The notes beneath the pieces are model-generated. The model did no database searches, had not been told where the DNA came from, and saw only the letters and a program-made list of their open reading frames with translations. A stretch of DNA of 61,435 nucleotides from Candidatus Yanofskybacteria bacterium. GTDB lineage: Bacteria; Patescibacteriota; Minisyncoccia; 2-02-FULL-40-12; IGHO2-01-FULL-4-A. This document shows positions 20,372-30,672 of this stretch, piece by piece. The first letter of the stretch is position 1. Every line of letters starts with the position of its first letter. A program made the translations under genes and the position numbers. The DNA lies in NCBI GenBank assembly GCA_903897805.1, contig CAIUCV010000021.1, positions 1-61,435 on the forward strand. Direction: 5' to 3'.

Positions 20372-20554
20372 CTTCGTTACTGTTTAGGACGTTTTGTATC
20401 AGCGAAAAACTTCTAAAATTTCAATGAATTTGTTACCTGCCCAGCCACCGAGACGCAAAAAGTAATGAGGGCTTCGCTAGAATTGGGCTATTGACTTTTT
20501 GTTTGGTTCGGCATTATAATACAACCGGTATATTTACAACAAGGAGGATTCCTA

Positions 20555-20791
20555 GTGGTGATAAGAACAGAAAGCTCAAAAAGAACCCTTTTTCGCTGGT
20601 CACAAACTCTAATAGGTTTAATCGTGGCCCTGATTCCGATTTGGCTTTATATCTTGGCGAACTTTGTTTTTTCGCCTGAAGGTTTTTGGCAAAAGATTGT
20701 TTTGGGGGCAGTTTGTCTTTTCTTTTTGAGCGGTTTCCAGATCGTTCTTTTAGTTCTGTTCATTGTTTGGCTGTCCGTTGTTTGGGATTAG
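20555..20791 (+). CDS. Small membrane protein
   Basis: AGGAGG RBS and two TM helices. Confidence 0.6.
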   Translation: MVIRTESSKRTLFRWSQTLIGLIVALIPIWLYILANFVFSPEGFWQKIVLGAVCLFFLSGFQIVLLVLFIVWLSVVWD

Positions 20792-20858
20792 TAAGCCCTT
20801 GTCTCTTTTAATTTTTCCGCGGCCAATCGGCCGCTTTTTGTTTTTTAGGGGGGCGCTA

Positions 20859-21041
20859 TTGCACTTTTTAAATAAGGGGAGTATAATACAAGTATTGTAG
20901 GTGTTCTCAGGGCCATTAGCTGTAGGGTAACCTTAGCTTTACGCATCTCGGGAATAGGTCATCCTACAGCAGTACATTGGCGCAATTGGGCAGTGATACG
21001 CGAATGAATTCGCTTTTTATTTGTCTCTTTGCGTCGGATAA
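20859..21041 (+). promoter_or_regulatory. Sigma70-type promoter plus ~150 nt structured 5' leader of the RRM gene
   Basis: TTGCAC-N17-TATAAT (20859-20887) and a hairpin GCTGTAGG.../...CCTACAGC (20919-20970). Confidence 0.55.
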
Positions 21042-21368
21042 ATGGGTACAAAATTATATGTAGGCAGTCTGTCCTACGACACGACTGACGAGAGCTTGAA
21101 ACAGCATTTTTCCCAAGCGGGAAGCGTTGTTTCGGCTTCCGTCCTCGTTGATAGGATGTCTGGCCGTTCGCGCGGTTTCGGATTTGTTGAAATGTCAACT
21201 CCGGAAGAGGCCGCAAAAGCCATTGAGATGTTCAATGGCCAGGAATTGGACGGTAGGACCATCGTCGTCAACGAAGCCAAGCCCATGGAACCGAGAGCTC
21301 CACGTAGCGGCGGATTTAGCCGCGGCGGTGGCGGCGGACGCGGTTTCGGCGGCGGCAGAGATTACTAA
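21042..21368 (+). CDS. RRM (RNP-1) RNA-binding protein with Gly-rich tail
   Basis: KLYVGSL, RSRGFGFVEM and IVVNEAKP. A terminator AAAACCCCCCGCAAA/TTTGCGGGGGGTTTT follows. Confidence 0.95.
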   Translation: MGTKLYVGSLSYDTTDESLKQHFSQAGSVVSASVLVDRMSGRSRGFGFVEMSTPEEAAKAIEMFNGQELDGRTIVVNEAKPMEPRAPRSGGFSRGGGGGRGFGGGRDY

Positions 21369-21443
21369 ATTTTTTTAGGATCCTGTAAATCAAAACCCCC
21401 CGCAAATTTGCGGGGGGTTTTGATTTGAACTCTCGTTACTTGA

Positions 21444-21860
21444 CTAATGGGGCGGGCAAGAATAAATGGGAATGGGTGACGCGGTAGAACTTTGCAAATG
21501 GTCGGCAGGGTAGGGGGTTTGGTCGGAAAAAGCGTTGATTATTTTCCCGATTTGGGAGCCGATTATGCCTGTCTCGCCGTTTATCTTAGAAATTTCACCC
21601 AGAATATCTTTTGAATTTTCCAGCAGATTTTTACTGCTTTTAATCCCACTTTTTATGTCCGCAGCGGTTTTTTGTCCTCCGGCCTCATCTAAGTTTTGGC
21701 CGAGTTCATCTAGATTGGCCTTTAGTTCTCCGAGAAGACGTTCTTCTTTGACGGCAGGATTAATCGCCTCAATTACGCGCTCTTTTAGCGACGGAATTTG
21801 ATTTATAACAAAATAAGCCCCGACAGCCAGCACCATCAGAATAATTAAAAATTTGAGCAT
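21444..21860 (-). CDS. Membrane-anchored hypothetical protein
   Basis: N-terminal TM helix (MLKFLIIL...) followed by a coiled coil. Confidence 0.65.
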   Translation of the reverse strand: MLKFLIILMVLAVGAYFVINQIPSLKERVIEAINPAVKEERLLGELKANLDELGQNLDEAGGQKTAADIKSGIKSSKNLLENSKDILGEISKINGETGIIGSQIGKIINAFSDQTPYPADHLQSSTASPIPIYSCPPH

Positions 21861-21967
21861 CTTTTCTTTTAAATTATACCAAAAATCGAAAAACCTTACC
21901 GTTATTGACAAAAACTCAAAATTGCTCTACGTTGCTATGGAACAAGCACATTAAAAAACGAGGGAGT

Positions 21968-22717
21968 ATGGGCAAGACTGGACGCCTGTGTATAGCTGTT
22001 TGTATTTTGTTCAGCTTGGGCGGGCGTAACCCGACTTTTGGGCAAACACTGACCCCTGACGAAATTATAGCCAAATTTTTAGAGAAGGCCAGAAAGGACT
22101 TTTTGTATATTGGAGACAATTACATCCACGAAGAGTTGGAGATTACCGATAATCTCAAAAACGGCGTGGTGACGGAAAGAGGAGAGAAACTCTTTATTGT
22201 GAAGAAAGAGGAGGAGAGCTTTTATAAAAAACTGGTCGCTAAAGATGGAGTTCCGGCGGATGATTCCAAGTTTGAACTAAAAAGAGAGATTGTTTCCATA
22301 AGTCCCGGATTTTTCAAGAGGTACTTTTTCGCTCTTGAGAGAAGCGAGGTTTTTGAGGGGAGAAAGTGCTGGGTCTTGTCGTTTAAACCGAGGGGAAATT
22401 TCCCGGAGGAGAAGCGGGAAGACAGGATACTGAACAACTTAGCCGGAGAGATTTGGATAGTCCAAAATACTTTTGATTTGGCGAGAATCACATTCCGCCT
22501 GACAAGAGAGGTGAGCTATGCTTGGCCCGGTTTTGTGGGCGGCAAGGCGAGGAAAGTTGAGGGTGTTATAATCGGCGGCCTGATTAATGGTTATTTAGTT
22601 GTTAATTCCGTTCGGGTTGAGTACGAGTATTCTGTAAGAGCTTTATTCTGGCCTAAGAATGTGCATTTAATCAAAACGATCCGTTACCAAAACTATGAAA
22701 GGAGGAACCCCCGATGA
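21968..22717 (+). CDS. Secreted beta-rich protein (LolA/MucB-like fold suspected)
   Basis: Signal peptide and the pattern E.FEGRKCWVLSFKPR...GEIWI....F.LARI. The fold assignment is inference. Confidence 0.6.
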   Translation: MGKTGRLCIAVCILFSLGGRNPTFGQTLTPDEIIAKFLEKARKDFLYIGDNYIHEELEITDNLKNGVVTERGEKLFIVKKEEESFYKKLVAKDGVPADDSKFELKREIVSISPGFFKRYFFALERSEVFEGRKCWVLSFKPRGNFPEEKREDRILNNLAGEIWIVQNTFDLARITFRLTREVSYAWPGFVGGKARKVEGVIIGGLINGYLVVNSVRVEYEYSVRALFWPKNVHLIKTIRYQNYERRNPR

Positions 22718-22923
22718 AAAAGGCTTTCTGCTCGCTTTATTTTGCCGTTCTTTTTCTCTTGTTAGGTTGCGGTATCGCTAAGAGTTTTTTAAGTGATTTT
22801 TCACTATTTGAGGCGTCCCTTTGGTCTTATTTCTGGCCGCTTCTGTCTGCTTTCTTTTTTACCGTTTCAGGTATTCTCTTTTGGATCTTTGGGGAGAGAA
22901 TGGGCAAGAGGAAGGGACAATAA
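22714..22923 (+). CDS. Small two-TM protein
   Basis: ATGA overlap with the upstream gene and an AGGAGG RBS. Confidence 0.6.
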   Translation: MKKAFCSLYFAVLFLLLGCGIAKSFLSDFSLFEASLWSYFWPLLSAFFFTVSGILFWIFGERMGKRKGQ

Positions 22924-22990
22924 TAACACTCTCGGGCAACCGGGAGTTTTAATTTGTCTATGGACGCCACGCCGTGATATAATCGCATAA

Positions 22991-23254
22991 ATGGCTACCG
23001 GAAATCCAAAAATACCTAAGGCAAACAAGGTGGAGATATATTCCACCCCGTTTTGTGCTTATTGCAAAATGGCCAAGGAGTATTTTAGACAAAACAATGT
23101 GCCCTACACCGAATACGACGTCTCAAAAGATGTAGCGAAACAACAGGAGATGATAGTTAAAACTCATCAATATGGCGTGCCCGTTATCATCATCAATGGT
23201 CAAATTGTTCTCGGTTTTGATAGGGCGAAAATTAATCATATCCTCGGTCTCTGA
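22991..23254 (+). CDS. Glutaredoxin-like protein (NrdH/YruB type)
   Basis: YSTPFCAYC, GVPVIII and GFD. Confidence 0.92.
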   Translation: MATGNPKIPKANKVEIYSTPFCAYCKMAKEYFRQNNVPYTEYDVSKDVAKQQEMIVKTHQYGVPVIIINGQIVLGFDRAKINHILGL

Positions 23255-23281
23255 CTTGGCCCCAAGCCCATGGTGCCGGAT

Positions 23282-24688
23282 TTATTGCCAGCCGGGGAAC
23301 CAGGCCCTCAGGTGATAGGCGGAATTAGTAAGGGGCAGACCGTAAGTTAGCGGGGCGAAAAATATAAAAACAGCAACGCTCGCGATTAAAAGAGCTACGA
23401 ACGCTCTTTTTTTGTTTTCCAATTGGTCCAGAAGATAGACGAGCGCGATTATTGCAAATATCAGCCCGATCATATAGTGGTACAGAAACATTGCCCGGGT
23501 GATGCCGATGAATGGCAGCAAATTTAATAAATATGCTCCACCAAGCAAAGCCGGCAAGAACCTAATCTTATGTCTTGCGATATCGTAAGTTCGGATTTTG
23601 GACATCACAAGACCAAATATAGACAGGGCTAAACTGATAAGCAAATAAAGCATCGCTACCGTGGAGCTCCACCAGATGAGCGGATTGCCTAAGAAGTAAA
23701 TCCTAGAAGCAACGCCAGCACCCGCCTCAGTTTGTGATGAACCTGCCGAACCATACCAGTAGTAAATCGGGCGGGCCATAAGAGGCCAACTATACCATTT
23801 GCTCGAATAGGGATGACCGGCAGTCAAGGTCGCGTTTGATTTATACATCTGGATATTAAGCTCTTCAAATTTCTGGAAAAGATTAAGCGGTTTAGCGTCG
23901 GGGCTGTTTTGATAGTTGCTGCCGGCTAAAGTTTTTTGGAAGGCCGGTGTCATAAAGGCGTCGCCGGGACCGGATTTGGTCAGGAGACCAAGGTGAATAG
24001 CGAAAATGGAGAAGTAGATAGCGAGGGGAAGCAATATCAGAGCTATTAAATCTTTCAGCGCGCGACTCCAACTCCTTTCTCTAACGATTTTTATTATTTC
24101 CAGAATGATAATAAGAGCCAAAAATGTAGCGCCGGTCCATTTAACGGAAAGCGACAAAACGGCAAACACGCCGCTCAAAAACAAATAAAGAATTTTATTT
24201 TCTTGGGCATATTTAAAATATGCGAGCAGAGCCGAGAACCCAAAAAGAAGAAGAAACGAATCAAGCAGAATGAACCGCGATTGAGCCAAGATAGCGTTTT
24301 CAAAAACAACCAGCATGGCGGCCGAAAACGCGGCAAATCGCGAGAGCCCTAGCCGAAGGACGAGGAAGAAAATGATCAGAGGCAATAAAACGCCTGCTAA
24401 TGTCGGCAATAATCTTAACCAGAGATAAATATTGTCTGGAAATTTCTGGCCGATTTCGGCAAAACTAAAGCCGGGCTTAAAACCGGCGAGATAACCAGCT
24501 CCTGAAATGAGCAGCTTCCCCAACGGGGGATGAATGTCAAAGAAGTACTCGTGGGTAAAATAGCCGGAGATAAATTTGCCGAAATGAACCTCGTCAAAAA
24601 CCGTCTCGTTCGGATGGCCGAAAAACAAAAAATGCGTCAGCAAGCTCGCCAGAATGATTATGAAAATGTAAATCTTAGAACTGCTCAT
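23282..24688 (-). CDS. Protein O-mannosyltransferase-like glycosyltransferase (GT39/PMT)
   Basis: VFDEVHF...FFDIHPPLGK, SRFILLD, HPYSSKWYSWP, GNPLIWW and FLYHY. Confidence 0.92.
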   Translation of the reverse strand: MSSSKIYIFIIILASLLTHFLFFGHPNETVFDEVHFGKFISGYFTHEYFFDIHPPLGKLLISGAGYLAGFKPGFSFAEIGQKFPDNIYLWLRLLPTLAGVLLPLIIFFLVLRLGLSRFAAFSAAMLVVFENAILAQSRFILLDSFLLLFGFSALLAYFKYAQENKILYLFLSGVFAVLSLSVKWTGATFLALIIILEIIKIVRERSWSRALKDLIALILLPLAIYFSIFAIHLGLLTKSGPGDAFMTPAFQKTLAGSNYQNSPDAKPLNLFQKFEELNIQMYKSNATLTAGHPYSSKWYSWPLMARPIYYWYGSAGSSQTEAGAGVASRIYFLGNPLIWWSSTVAMLYLLISLALSIFGLVMSKIRTYDIARHKIRFLPALLGGAYLLNLLPFIGITRAMFLYHYMIGLIFAIIALVYLLDQLENKKRAFVALLIASVAVFIFFAPLTYGLPLTNSAYHLRAWFPGWQ

Positions 24689-24784
24689 CGTAAATTTGGC
24701 ATGGATAATTAAAAAATAGCAGAAATAGCGATAAAAAAGAAGAGGAGCATTTATACCAGCCCTAGGTTATGGTATAATTGATAC

Positions 24785-25711
24785 ATGTTAGACCTGATAA
24801 TTATCGGGGGTTCGGCGGCGGCGACGGCCGCCGGAATCTATGCTGCCCGCCGTGGTTTGAATTTTAAAATTATAACCAAGGACTTTGGCGGAGAAGTGGC
24901 CACTTCCGGCGAAATTGGCAATTGGCCGGGGACGATAAAGACCGACGGCATAGCGCTAGCCCAGCAATTTAAAGAGCATCTGAAATTTTATAGCGTTGAG
25001 CCGGAAGAGGGCATTGAGGTGGAAAAAATTACCCGGCTTGAAGACGGGACATTTTGCATTGCCGTTAAAGACAGCAAGGCCGGTAAATGTGATTACGCCG
25101 CAAAAGCGGTGATAGTCGCGACAGGCGTCCGCCCTAAAGAGTTGAATATTTCTGGCGAAAAAGAATTTCGCAATAAAGGCGTGACCTATTGCACCGTTTG
25201 CGATGGGCCGTTATTTGCCGGTAAGATTACGGCGGTCATCGGAGGAGGGAATTCTGCCCTTGAAGCGGGCTTAATGCTGGCCGATATTGCTGAAAAAGTC
25301 TATGTAATTAACAAAAACCCGATTTTTAAGGGCGATGCGATACTGCTTGATAATTTGAAAACCAGGAAGAATGTTGAGATAATTTATAATGCCAGAGCCA
25401 AAGAAGTTATCGGCAGTGAATTTGTGAACGGCCTGAAGTATAATGACGGGGCGGGCGATACCCAAGAGCTTAAAGTTAACGGCATTTTCATTCATATTGG
25501 TATGGTGCCGAATTCAACTCTTGTCCCGTCGGAAACAGAGAAAAACGCTTTTGGGGAAATTATAGTGAATAAGAATTGCGAGACCAACATTCCCGGTTTG
25601 TATGCCGCCGGTGATATGACGGATACGCCGTTTAAGCAGATCATAATAGCGGCAGGGCAGGGGACGACCGCGGCTCTTAACACCGTTAGTTATTTAAACA
25701 AACTAAAATGA
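24785..25711 (+). CDS. trxB: Thioredoxin reductase-like FAD-dependent oxidoreductase
   Basis: GVTYCTVCDG, VIGGGNSA and YAAGD...KQIIIAAGQG. Confidence 0.88.
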   Translation: MLDLIIIGGSAAATAAGIYAARRGLNFKIITKDFGGEVATSGEIGNWPGTIKTDGIALAQQFKEHLKFYSVEPEEGIEVEKITRLEDGTFCIAVKDSKAGKCDYAAKAVIVATGVRPKELNISGEKEFRNKGVTYCTVCDGPLFAGKITAVIGGGNSALEAGLMLADIAEKVYVINKNPIFKGDAILLDNLKTRKNVEIIYNARAKEVIGSEFVNGLKYNDGAGDTQELKVNGIFIHIGMVPNSTLVPSETEKNAFGEIIVNKNCETNIPGLYAAGDMTDTPFKQIIIAAGQGTTAALNTVSYLNKLK

Positions 25712-26151
25712 TTTACATAGGTGCTGACCATCGCGGATACGAATTGAAAGAGAAACTCAAGAAATTTCTTGAAGAGCTTGGCCATGATTATGAAGACATG
25801 GGTGCTTTTGAGTATAATAAAGATGACGATTATGTTGATTACGCCTCTCGGGTAGCCGAAAAAGTTGCCCAAGACCCAGACACGAACAGGGGAATATTAA
25901 TTTGCCGGAACGGCGCAGGAATGGATATTGTTGCCAATAAATTTAAAGGGACGCGTTCAGTGTTGGGTTTCAATGCAGAGCAAGTGCGTCTGGCGCGAAA
26001 TGATGATAATATGAACATTCTGGCCTTGCCCAGTGATTTTGTAAGCGAGAAAGAGGCAAAAGACGCGGTGGAGATGTTTTTGGACGCACCCTTCGAAGGT
26101 CACGAAAGGTTTGTGAGGAGAATCAATAAAATTAAGGAATTAGAAAAATGA
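25708..26151 (+). CDS. rpiB: Ribose-5-phosphate isomerase B
   Basis: IGADHRGYELK, GILIC.NG.G..IVANK and N.NILAL. Confidence 0.93.
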   Translation: MIYIGADHRGYELKEKLKKFLEELGHDYEDMGAFEYNKDDDYVDYASRVAEKVAQDPDTNRGILICRNGAGMDIVANKFKGTRSVLGFNAEQVRLARNDDNMNILALPSDFVSEKEAKDAVEMFLDAPFEGHERFVRRINKIKELEK

Positions 26152-27116
26152 GGATTTTTGTCACAAGACCGGTTCCCGAGGCGGGGATTAAAATGCTTCG
26201 CGATAAGGGATATGAAGTTTTGATCAATGAAGCGGCCAAAGACCGGGCCGCAACTTTGGACGAGCTAAAAGAGGGCGTCAAGGGCACCGATGCTGTTTTG
26301 GCCGTCTTGACCGATAAAATTACCGCGGAAGTTATGGATGCCGGTTTGCCGACGCTGAAAATAGTCGCTAATTTTGCGGTCGGCTATGACAATATTGATC
26401 TGGGGGCGGCGAAGCAAAAAAATATTATGGTAACGAATACCCCCGGAGTACTTACGGAGACCGTCGCCGAACATACATTCGCGCTGATGATGGCAATCGC
26501 CCGCAGAATTCCGGAGGCAGACAAATTTGCCCGGGCGGGGAAATTTACTGCCTGGGGGCCGGAGTTATTTTTGGGCACCGACTTGTGCCATAAAACCTTG
26601 GGTATAATAGGTCTCGGCCAAATTGGTTCTCGCGTTGCTCTCCATGCCGCGAAAGGTTTTGAGATGAGGGTTCTTTACTATGACCCAAAACCAAATCCGG
26701 ATTTTGAGAAAGAATTCGGAGCGGTCTATGTCGCGGATATAGATGAACTTTTGCCACAATGCGATTTTATTTCCATTCACGTGCCTCTGCTTGATTCAAC
26801 ACGCCATCTTATCAATGAGGAACGGCTAAAGAAGATGAAACCCTCCGCGTATCTGATAAATACCTCGCGAGGACCGGTGGTGGACGAGAAGGCCCTGGCC
26901 CAAGCCCTCAAAAACGGTGTAATCAGGGGAGCGGCGCTGGATGTATTTGAGTTTGAGCCGGAGATCACCCCGGAATTGAAAGAATTGGATAACATTGTCC
27001 TTACTCCGCACATTGCTTCGGCAACTATCGGGACGCGTTCCAAAATGGCCGAGCTTGCGGCAAATAATATAATTGAGGCTCTTGAGGGCAGAACGCCGCC
27101 TAATTTGGTTAAATAA
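26148..27116 (+). CDS. D-glycerate dehydrogenase/glyoxylate reductase (D-2-hydroxyacid dehydrogenase)
   Basis: VTNTPGVLT, GIIGLGQIG, INTSRGPVVDE and LTPHIASAT. Confidence 0.93.
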   Translation: MRIFVTRPVPEAGIKMLRDKGYEVLINEAAKDRAATLDELKEGVKGTDAVLAVLTDKITAEVMDAGLPTLKIVANFAVGYDNIDLGAAKQKNIMVTNTPGVLTETVAEHTFALMMAIARRIPEADKFARAGKFTAWGPELFLGTDLCHKTLGIIGLGQIGSRVALHAAKGFEMRVLYYDPKPNPDFEKEFGAVYVADIDELLPQCDFISIHVPLLDSTRHLINEERLKKMKPSAYLINTSRGPVVDEKALAQALKNGVIRGAALDVFEFEPEITPELKELDNIVLTPHIASATIGTRSKMAELAANNIIEALEGRTPPNLVK

Positions 27117-27758
27117 ATGCCAATAGAGATAATCCCTTCAATACTTGTCAAAACAAGGGAAGAATTAGTGGAAAAAATCATTGCGGTTGAACCGTATGCC
27201 GATAGTGTTCATCTTGATATTGCCGACGGTATTTTTGTTCCTAACATCACAATCCTTGGTTTTGAAGAGACGGAGACGGTTGAAACAGATTTGAAAATCG
27301 GAGTACATCTGATGGTTTCAAAACCGGAAAATCACATTGTCCGTTGGCTTGCGACGCCGGCCGACAAGTTTATTTTTCATATAGAGGCCACACAAAAGGC
27401 GCAGGAAATTATAGATACGATAAAAGAGGCCGATAAATTAGTGGGGATAGCAATTAATCCGCAGACCCCGACCGACAGTATAAAACCTTTTATAGATTTT
27501 ATTGATTTTGTACATTTCATGACGGTTGAGCCGGGGTTTTACGGCGGCGAGTTTGTGGAGAGTGTTTTGGATAAAATTGCCGACTTTCATTATTTTTATC
27601 CGGATAAGCCGATTGAAGTTGATGGGGGAATTAACCCCGAAACCGCGCCCAAATTAGTCAAGGCGGGAGCAAGCATACTGGTGGCCGGGAGTTATATTTG
27701 GGAGAGTAAAGACGTCGGCAAAGCGGTGGCAGAATTAAAATCAGTCGTTAGTGGTTAA
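27117..27758 (+). CDS. rpe: Ribulose-phosphate 3-epimerase
   Basis: HLDIADGIFVPN, VHLMV, MTVEPGFYG and EVDGGIN. Confidence 0.95.
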   Translation: MPIEIIPSILVKTREELVEKIIAVEPYADSVHLDIADGIFVPNITILGFEETETVETDLKIGVHLMVSKPENHIVRWLATPADKFIFHIEATQKAQEIIDTIKEADKLVGIAINPQTPTDSIKPFIDFIDFVHFMTVEPGFYGGEFVESVLDKIADFHYFYPDKPIEVDGGINPETAPKLVKAGASILVAGSYIWESKDVGKAVAELKSVVSG

Positions 27759-28737
27759 TTTTGTGTACGACATAATCACAATCGGTTCAGCAACTCGCGA
27801 TGTCCTTTTGGAGGCCGAAGGTTTTGAATTGCGCAAGCACGCGGATTCTCCCACTGGTGTGGAACAGTGTTTCCCCCTCGGTTCAAAAATTGAGATAAAA
27901 AAAATCGTTTTCACCACCGGCGGAGGAGGAACGAACGCGGCGGTAACATTTGGCAGGCAGGAATTTAAGACCGCATGTGTCGGAGTGATCGGCAGTGACA
28001 TAGCAGGCGAGGAAATTACTGAGGAATTAAAAAAGGAGGGAGTAGAGCCGTTATTTCAAAAACACAATGATGATTTTACCGCTTACTCAATTATTTTGGT
28101 ACATCCCAATGCCGAACGCACCATTTTAAGCTATAAAGGTGAAGGCCAGCATTTTGACGTAAACAGAGTGCCCTTCAATAAGCTCAAGGCCAAGTGGTTT
28201 TATATTGATTCCCTCGGAGGGCATTACGATCTATTTGAAGCCCTGGTCAACCATGCGGTTGAGAACGGGACAAAAATTGCTTTTAACCCCGGGGGGAAAG
28301 AGTTGGCGTTTGGACCGGACAAGCTCGGGCCGTTATTAAAGCATATTGATATTTTTGCCGCCAATAAAGAAGAGGCCGCCGAACTGGTCGGCATGAAATC
28401 GGAGGAGCAGGAAGAAACATTAAAAAAACTAGCCGAGATTTGCGGCGGGATTGTGGTTCTGACCGATGCTCACAATGGGGTTCAGGTTTTGGCTGATTCG
28501 GTTTTGTATTCGGCGGGCGTGCCAGATTCTCCGGTTGTTGAACGCACCGGGGCGGGGGACGCTTTTAATTCCGGGTTTGTTTGCGAATATATTAGAAGCG
28601 ATGATATAAAAAAAGCAATCCAGTTTGCGACGGCAAATGCGTCGTCGGTAGTGACGAAGTGGGGGGCGAAGGCCGGTATATTAAAAAAAGAGGATTGGGG
28701 CCCTTGGCCGTTGGTTGAAGTTGAGGAACGTAGGTGA
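27751..28737 (+). CDS. PfkB-family carbohydrate kinase
   Basis: GGGGTNAAV and RTGAGDAFNSGF. Confidence 0.92.
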   Translation: MVNFVYDIITIGSATRDVLLEAEGFELRKHADSPTGVEQCFPLGSKIEIKKIVFTTGGGGTNAAVTFGRQEFKTACVGVIGSDIAGEEITEELKKEGVEPLFQKHNDDFTAYSIILVHPNAERTILSYKGEGQHFDVNRVPFNKLKAKWFYIDSLGGHYDLFEALVNHAVENGTKIAFNPGGKELAFGPDKLGPLLKHIDIFAANKEEAAELVGMKSEEQEETLKKLAEICGGIVVLTDAHNGVQVLADSVLYSAGVPDSPVVERTGAGDAFNSGFVCEYIRSDDIKKAIQFATANASSVVTKWGAKAGILKKEDWGPWPLVEVEERR

Positions 28738-28778
28738 CGAAATACTGAAGCCGCCAGGTTGAATGTATTGAAAAATTT

Positions 28779-29156
28779 TGAAAAACAAAAAAAGGACCCC
28801 GGGGGAGATGGCAACGCCGTGCATGATGCACGCTCGCTGCGCGCCGTCTCCGGCCGGGGTATGCAGGTCCTCATCCTCTTCGTAACCTGGCCGTCTTTCA
28901 CAGCCGTCACAGTGACGGGGGACAAGACGGACTACGGGGAAATTCCGCCGGGCCGTTTCGAATCAGCCCCGACGTAGGCTAGGTTGCCGATCCCGCAATC
29001 GGCGTGGCGCCCGCCCCACGTGACACGTGATGGGGGCTGGACCCTACCTAGGAGGAGTTCCTTGCTGGAAACGATGGGTTGTTATCACTTCCACCAAGTA
29101 ACCCCTCCTATTCCTAACCAAATTCAAGTGTAGCAAAATGGTCTAGGCATTGTCAA
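28779..29156 (-). ncRNA. Putative orphan structured ncRNA unit (family N copy 2)
   Basis: On the minus strand: TTGACA-N18-TACACT (29156-29127), then ~340 nt of GC-rich hairpins ending GGACC...GGTCC-TTTTTTTGTTTTT. Confidence 0.55.
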
Positions 29157-29392
29157 GCCCCTAAGCTCAAACTATCAAAAACCATTGATTTTGCTGGTAA
29201 TTTTGCTGGATTTTTAAAAGTAAAAACCCCTCCCCGTTGATCCTTTCAGCTTCTATGCCTTGCGGTGCCTTGCGGCTCCGCGTAGCTCCACTTACTCGGG
29301 CGAGGAGGGGGTACTGCTGCGCTGGATACGGCCACCCAGAAACTACTCCGCATCCTCCTATAGGTTATCAAAGCCGCTCATACTTTGTCAAT

Positions 29393-30670
29393 ATGTCAGA
29401 AACCCACAAAAAGTTAGCGAGAGTATTTCGTACCAAGCCGGAAGTGCTTTTGGATTTGGAGAGAAAAATGGAAAAACTGACCGGTAAAAGCGGAGTGATG
29501 GAAAAAATAGTTGAAGAAAATGAAACCTTGATCGGGCAAACGCTTAAAGAGCTAGGTTTGCAGGAAAACAATCAAAGCGCCAAAGACGTCCATAATGTCT
29601 TGATCGGGTACATCAAGAATATAGATGAGCGTTTGTATGATTTTCTGGATAAACCAGATTTGTCCAAAATGTCAGGCAAATGCTGGAAGCTTTGCGAGAC
29701 AGCGCTGGCCCTTACTAAACCTAGTCCCGGCTTTTTTATAAAAAAAGAGAAGGCCGTTGAGATGCTTGAAAAATTTCCGCCGCAAAGCATGCTTGACTTT
29801 TTCGGCTGCAAAACCGCGGCCGAGCTGGTTGAGAAAAAAGGTTTATCGTCGGTTTTTAGCGCTCTGCGTTTTACCCAAAACACGGAATGGATGCATAAGT
29901 TTTTTGACGAAGCGTATAATGACCTCACTGCCGATGATTTTGAAGAACGTGAAGTTGAGTTGAAAGTTTTAGAGCCGGAATGGCTGGACGCGGCCGGGAA
30001 ATTTTTGGAGAAAAAATATCATAACCTTAGCCACCTCAAAGAGCTTGGCGTCATCTTCATAATCCCCATACAAATTGACACGCCAGGCGAGACCCTCCGC
30101 ATGTTCACGCTGCTCTTACACTATCTGAACGAAGTACCGTTTTATTCGGGGTTGTTCAAGAAATTTTCAAAAGAGCAGGATTTTGCCGGTAAAGTAAAAT
30201 CCCTGCTCCGCGGAGATGTGCCGGAGGATAAGCTGCCCGATTCGGAAAACATTGTTCTCAGGATCGTGCAAAGATATCTTGCCAAGGATGACCCAAATGA
30301 CTTTCGCTTGATGGAACCCCACATTAATCCCGAGGCGGAACATTGGTATAAAGCCGAAGGGGATTTGGCTGGGATTTCAAATATGCCCTCCTTCGCCGAG
30401 GTTTCGGACGGGCGAGCTTTTGCCTCTTGGCAAAAGCTCGATTTTGTCGGTGGTTTCTTCCCCAATGGCTTGACTGGAGTCGGCGACGAGGAATTGGTGA
30501 GTTTTGATTTGATAGACCTAACGATGTCGCTTGCCAAAAAGGGTGAAATTAAATACCTTTATCATCAGCAAGAAGCCCTCTGGAATAAGATTTTTATTGA
30601 ATATCTCGGCCGTGATAAACTTAATGAGTTGATAGAGGAAAATATTATAGATGGGTTTATAAAATTGTAG
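29393..30670 (+). CDS. Conserved hypothetical protein
   Basis: Long ORF. The start MSETHKK at 29393 is probable, and it contains HNLSHLKELG and LLHYLNE motifs. Confidence 0.8.
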   Translation: MSETHKKLARVFRTKPEVLLDLERKMEKLTGKSGVMEKIVEENETLIGQTLKELGLQENNQSAKDVHNVLIGYIKNIDERLYDFLDKPDLSKMSGKCWKLCETALALTKPSPGFFIKKEKAVEMLEKFPPQSMLDFFGCKTAAELVEKKGLSSVFSALRFTQNTEWMHKFFDEAYNDLTADDFEEREVELKVLEPEWLDAAGKFLEKKYHNLSHLKELGVIFIIPIQIDTPGETLRMFTLLLHYLNEVPFYSGLFKKFSKEQDFAGKVKSLLRGDVPEDKLPDSENIVLRIVQRYLAKDDPNDFRLMEPHINPEAEHWYKAEGDLAGISNMPSFAEVSDGRAFASWQKLDFVGGFFPNGLTGVGDEELVSFDLIDLTMSLAKKGEIKYLYHQQEALWNKIFIEYLGRDKLNELIEENIIDGFIKL

Positions 30671-30672
30671 GC

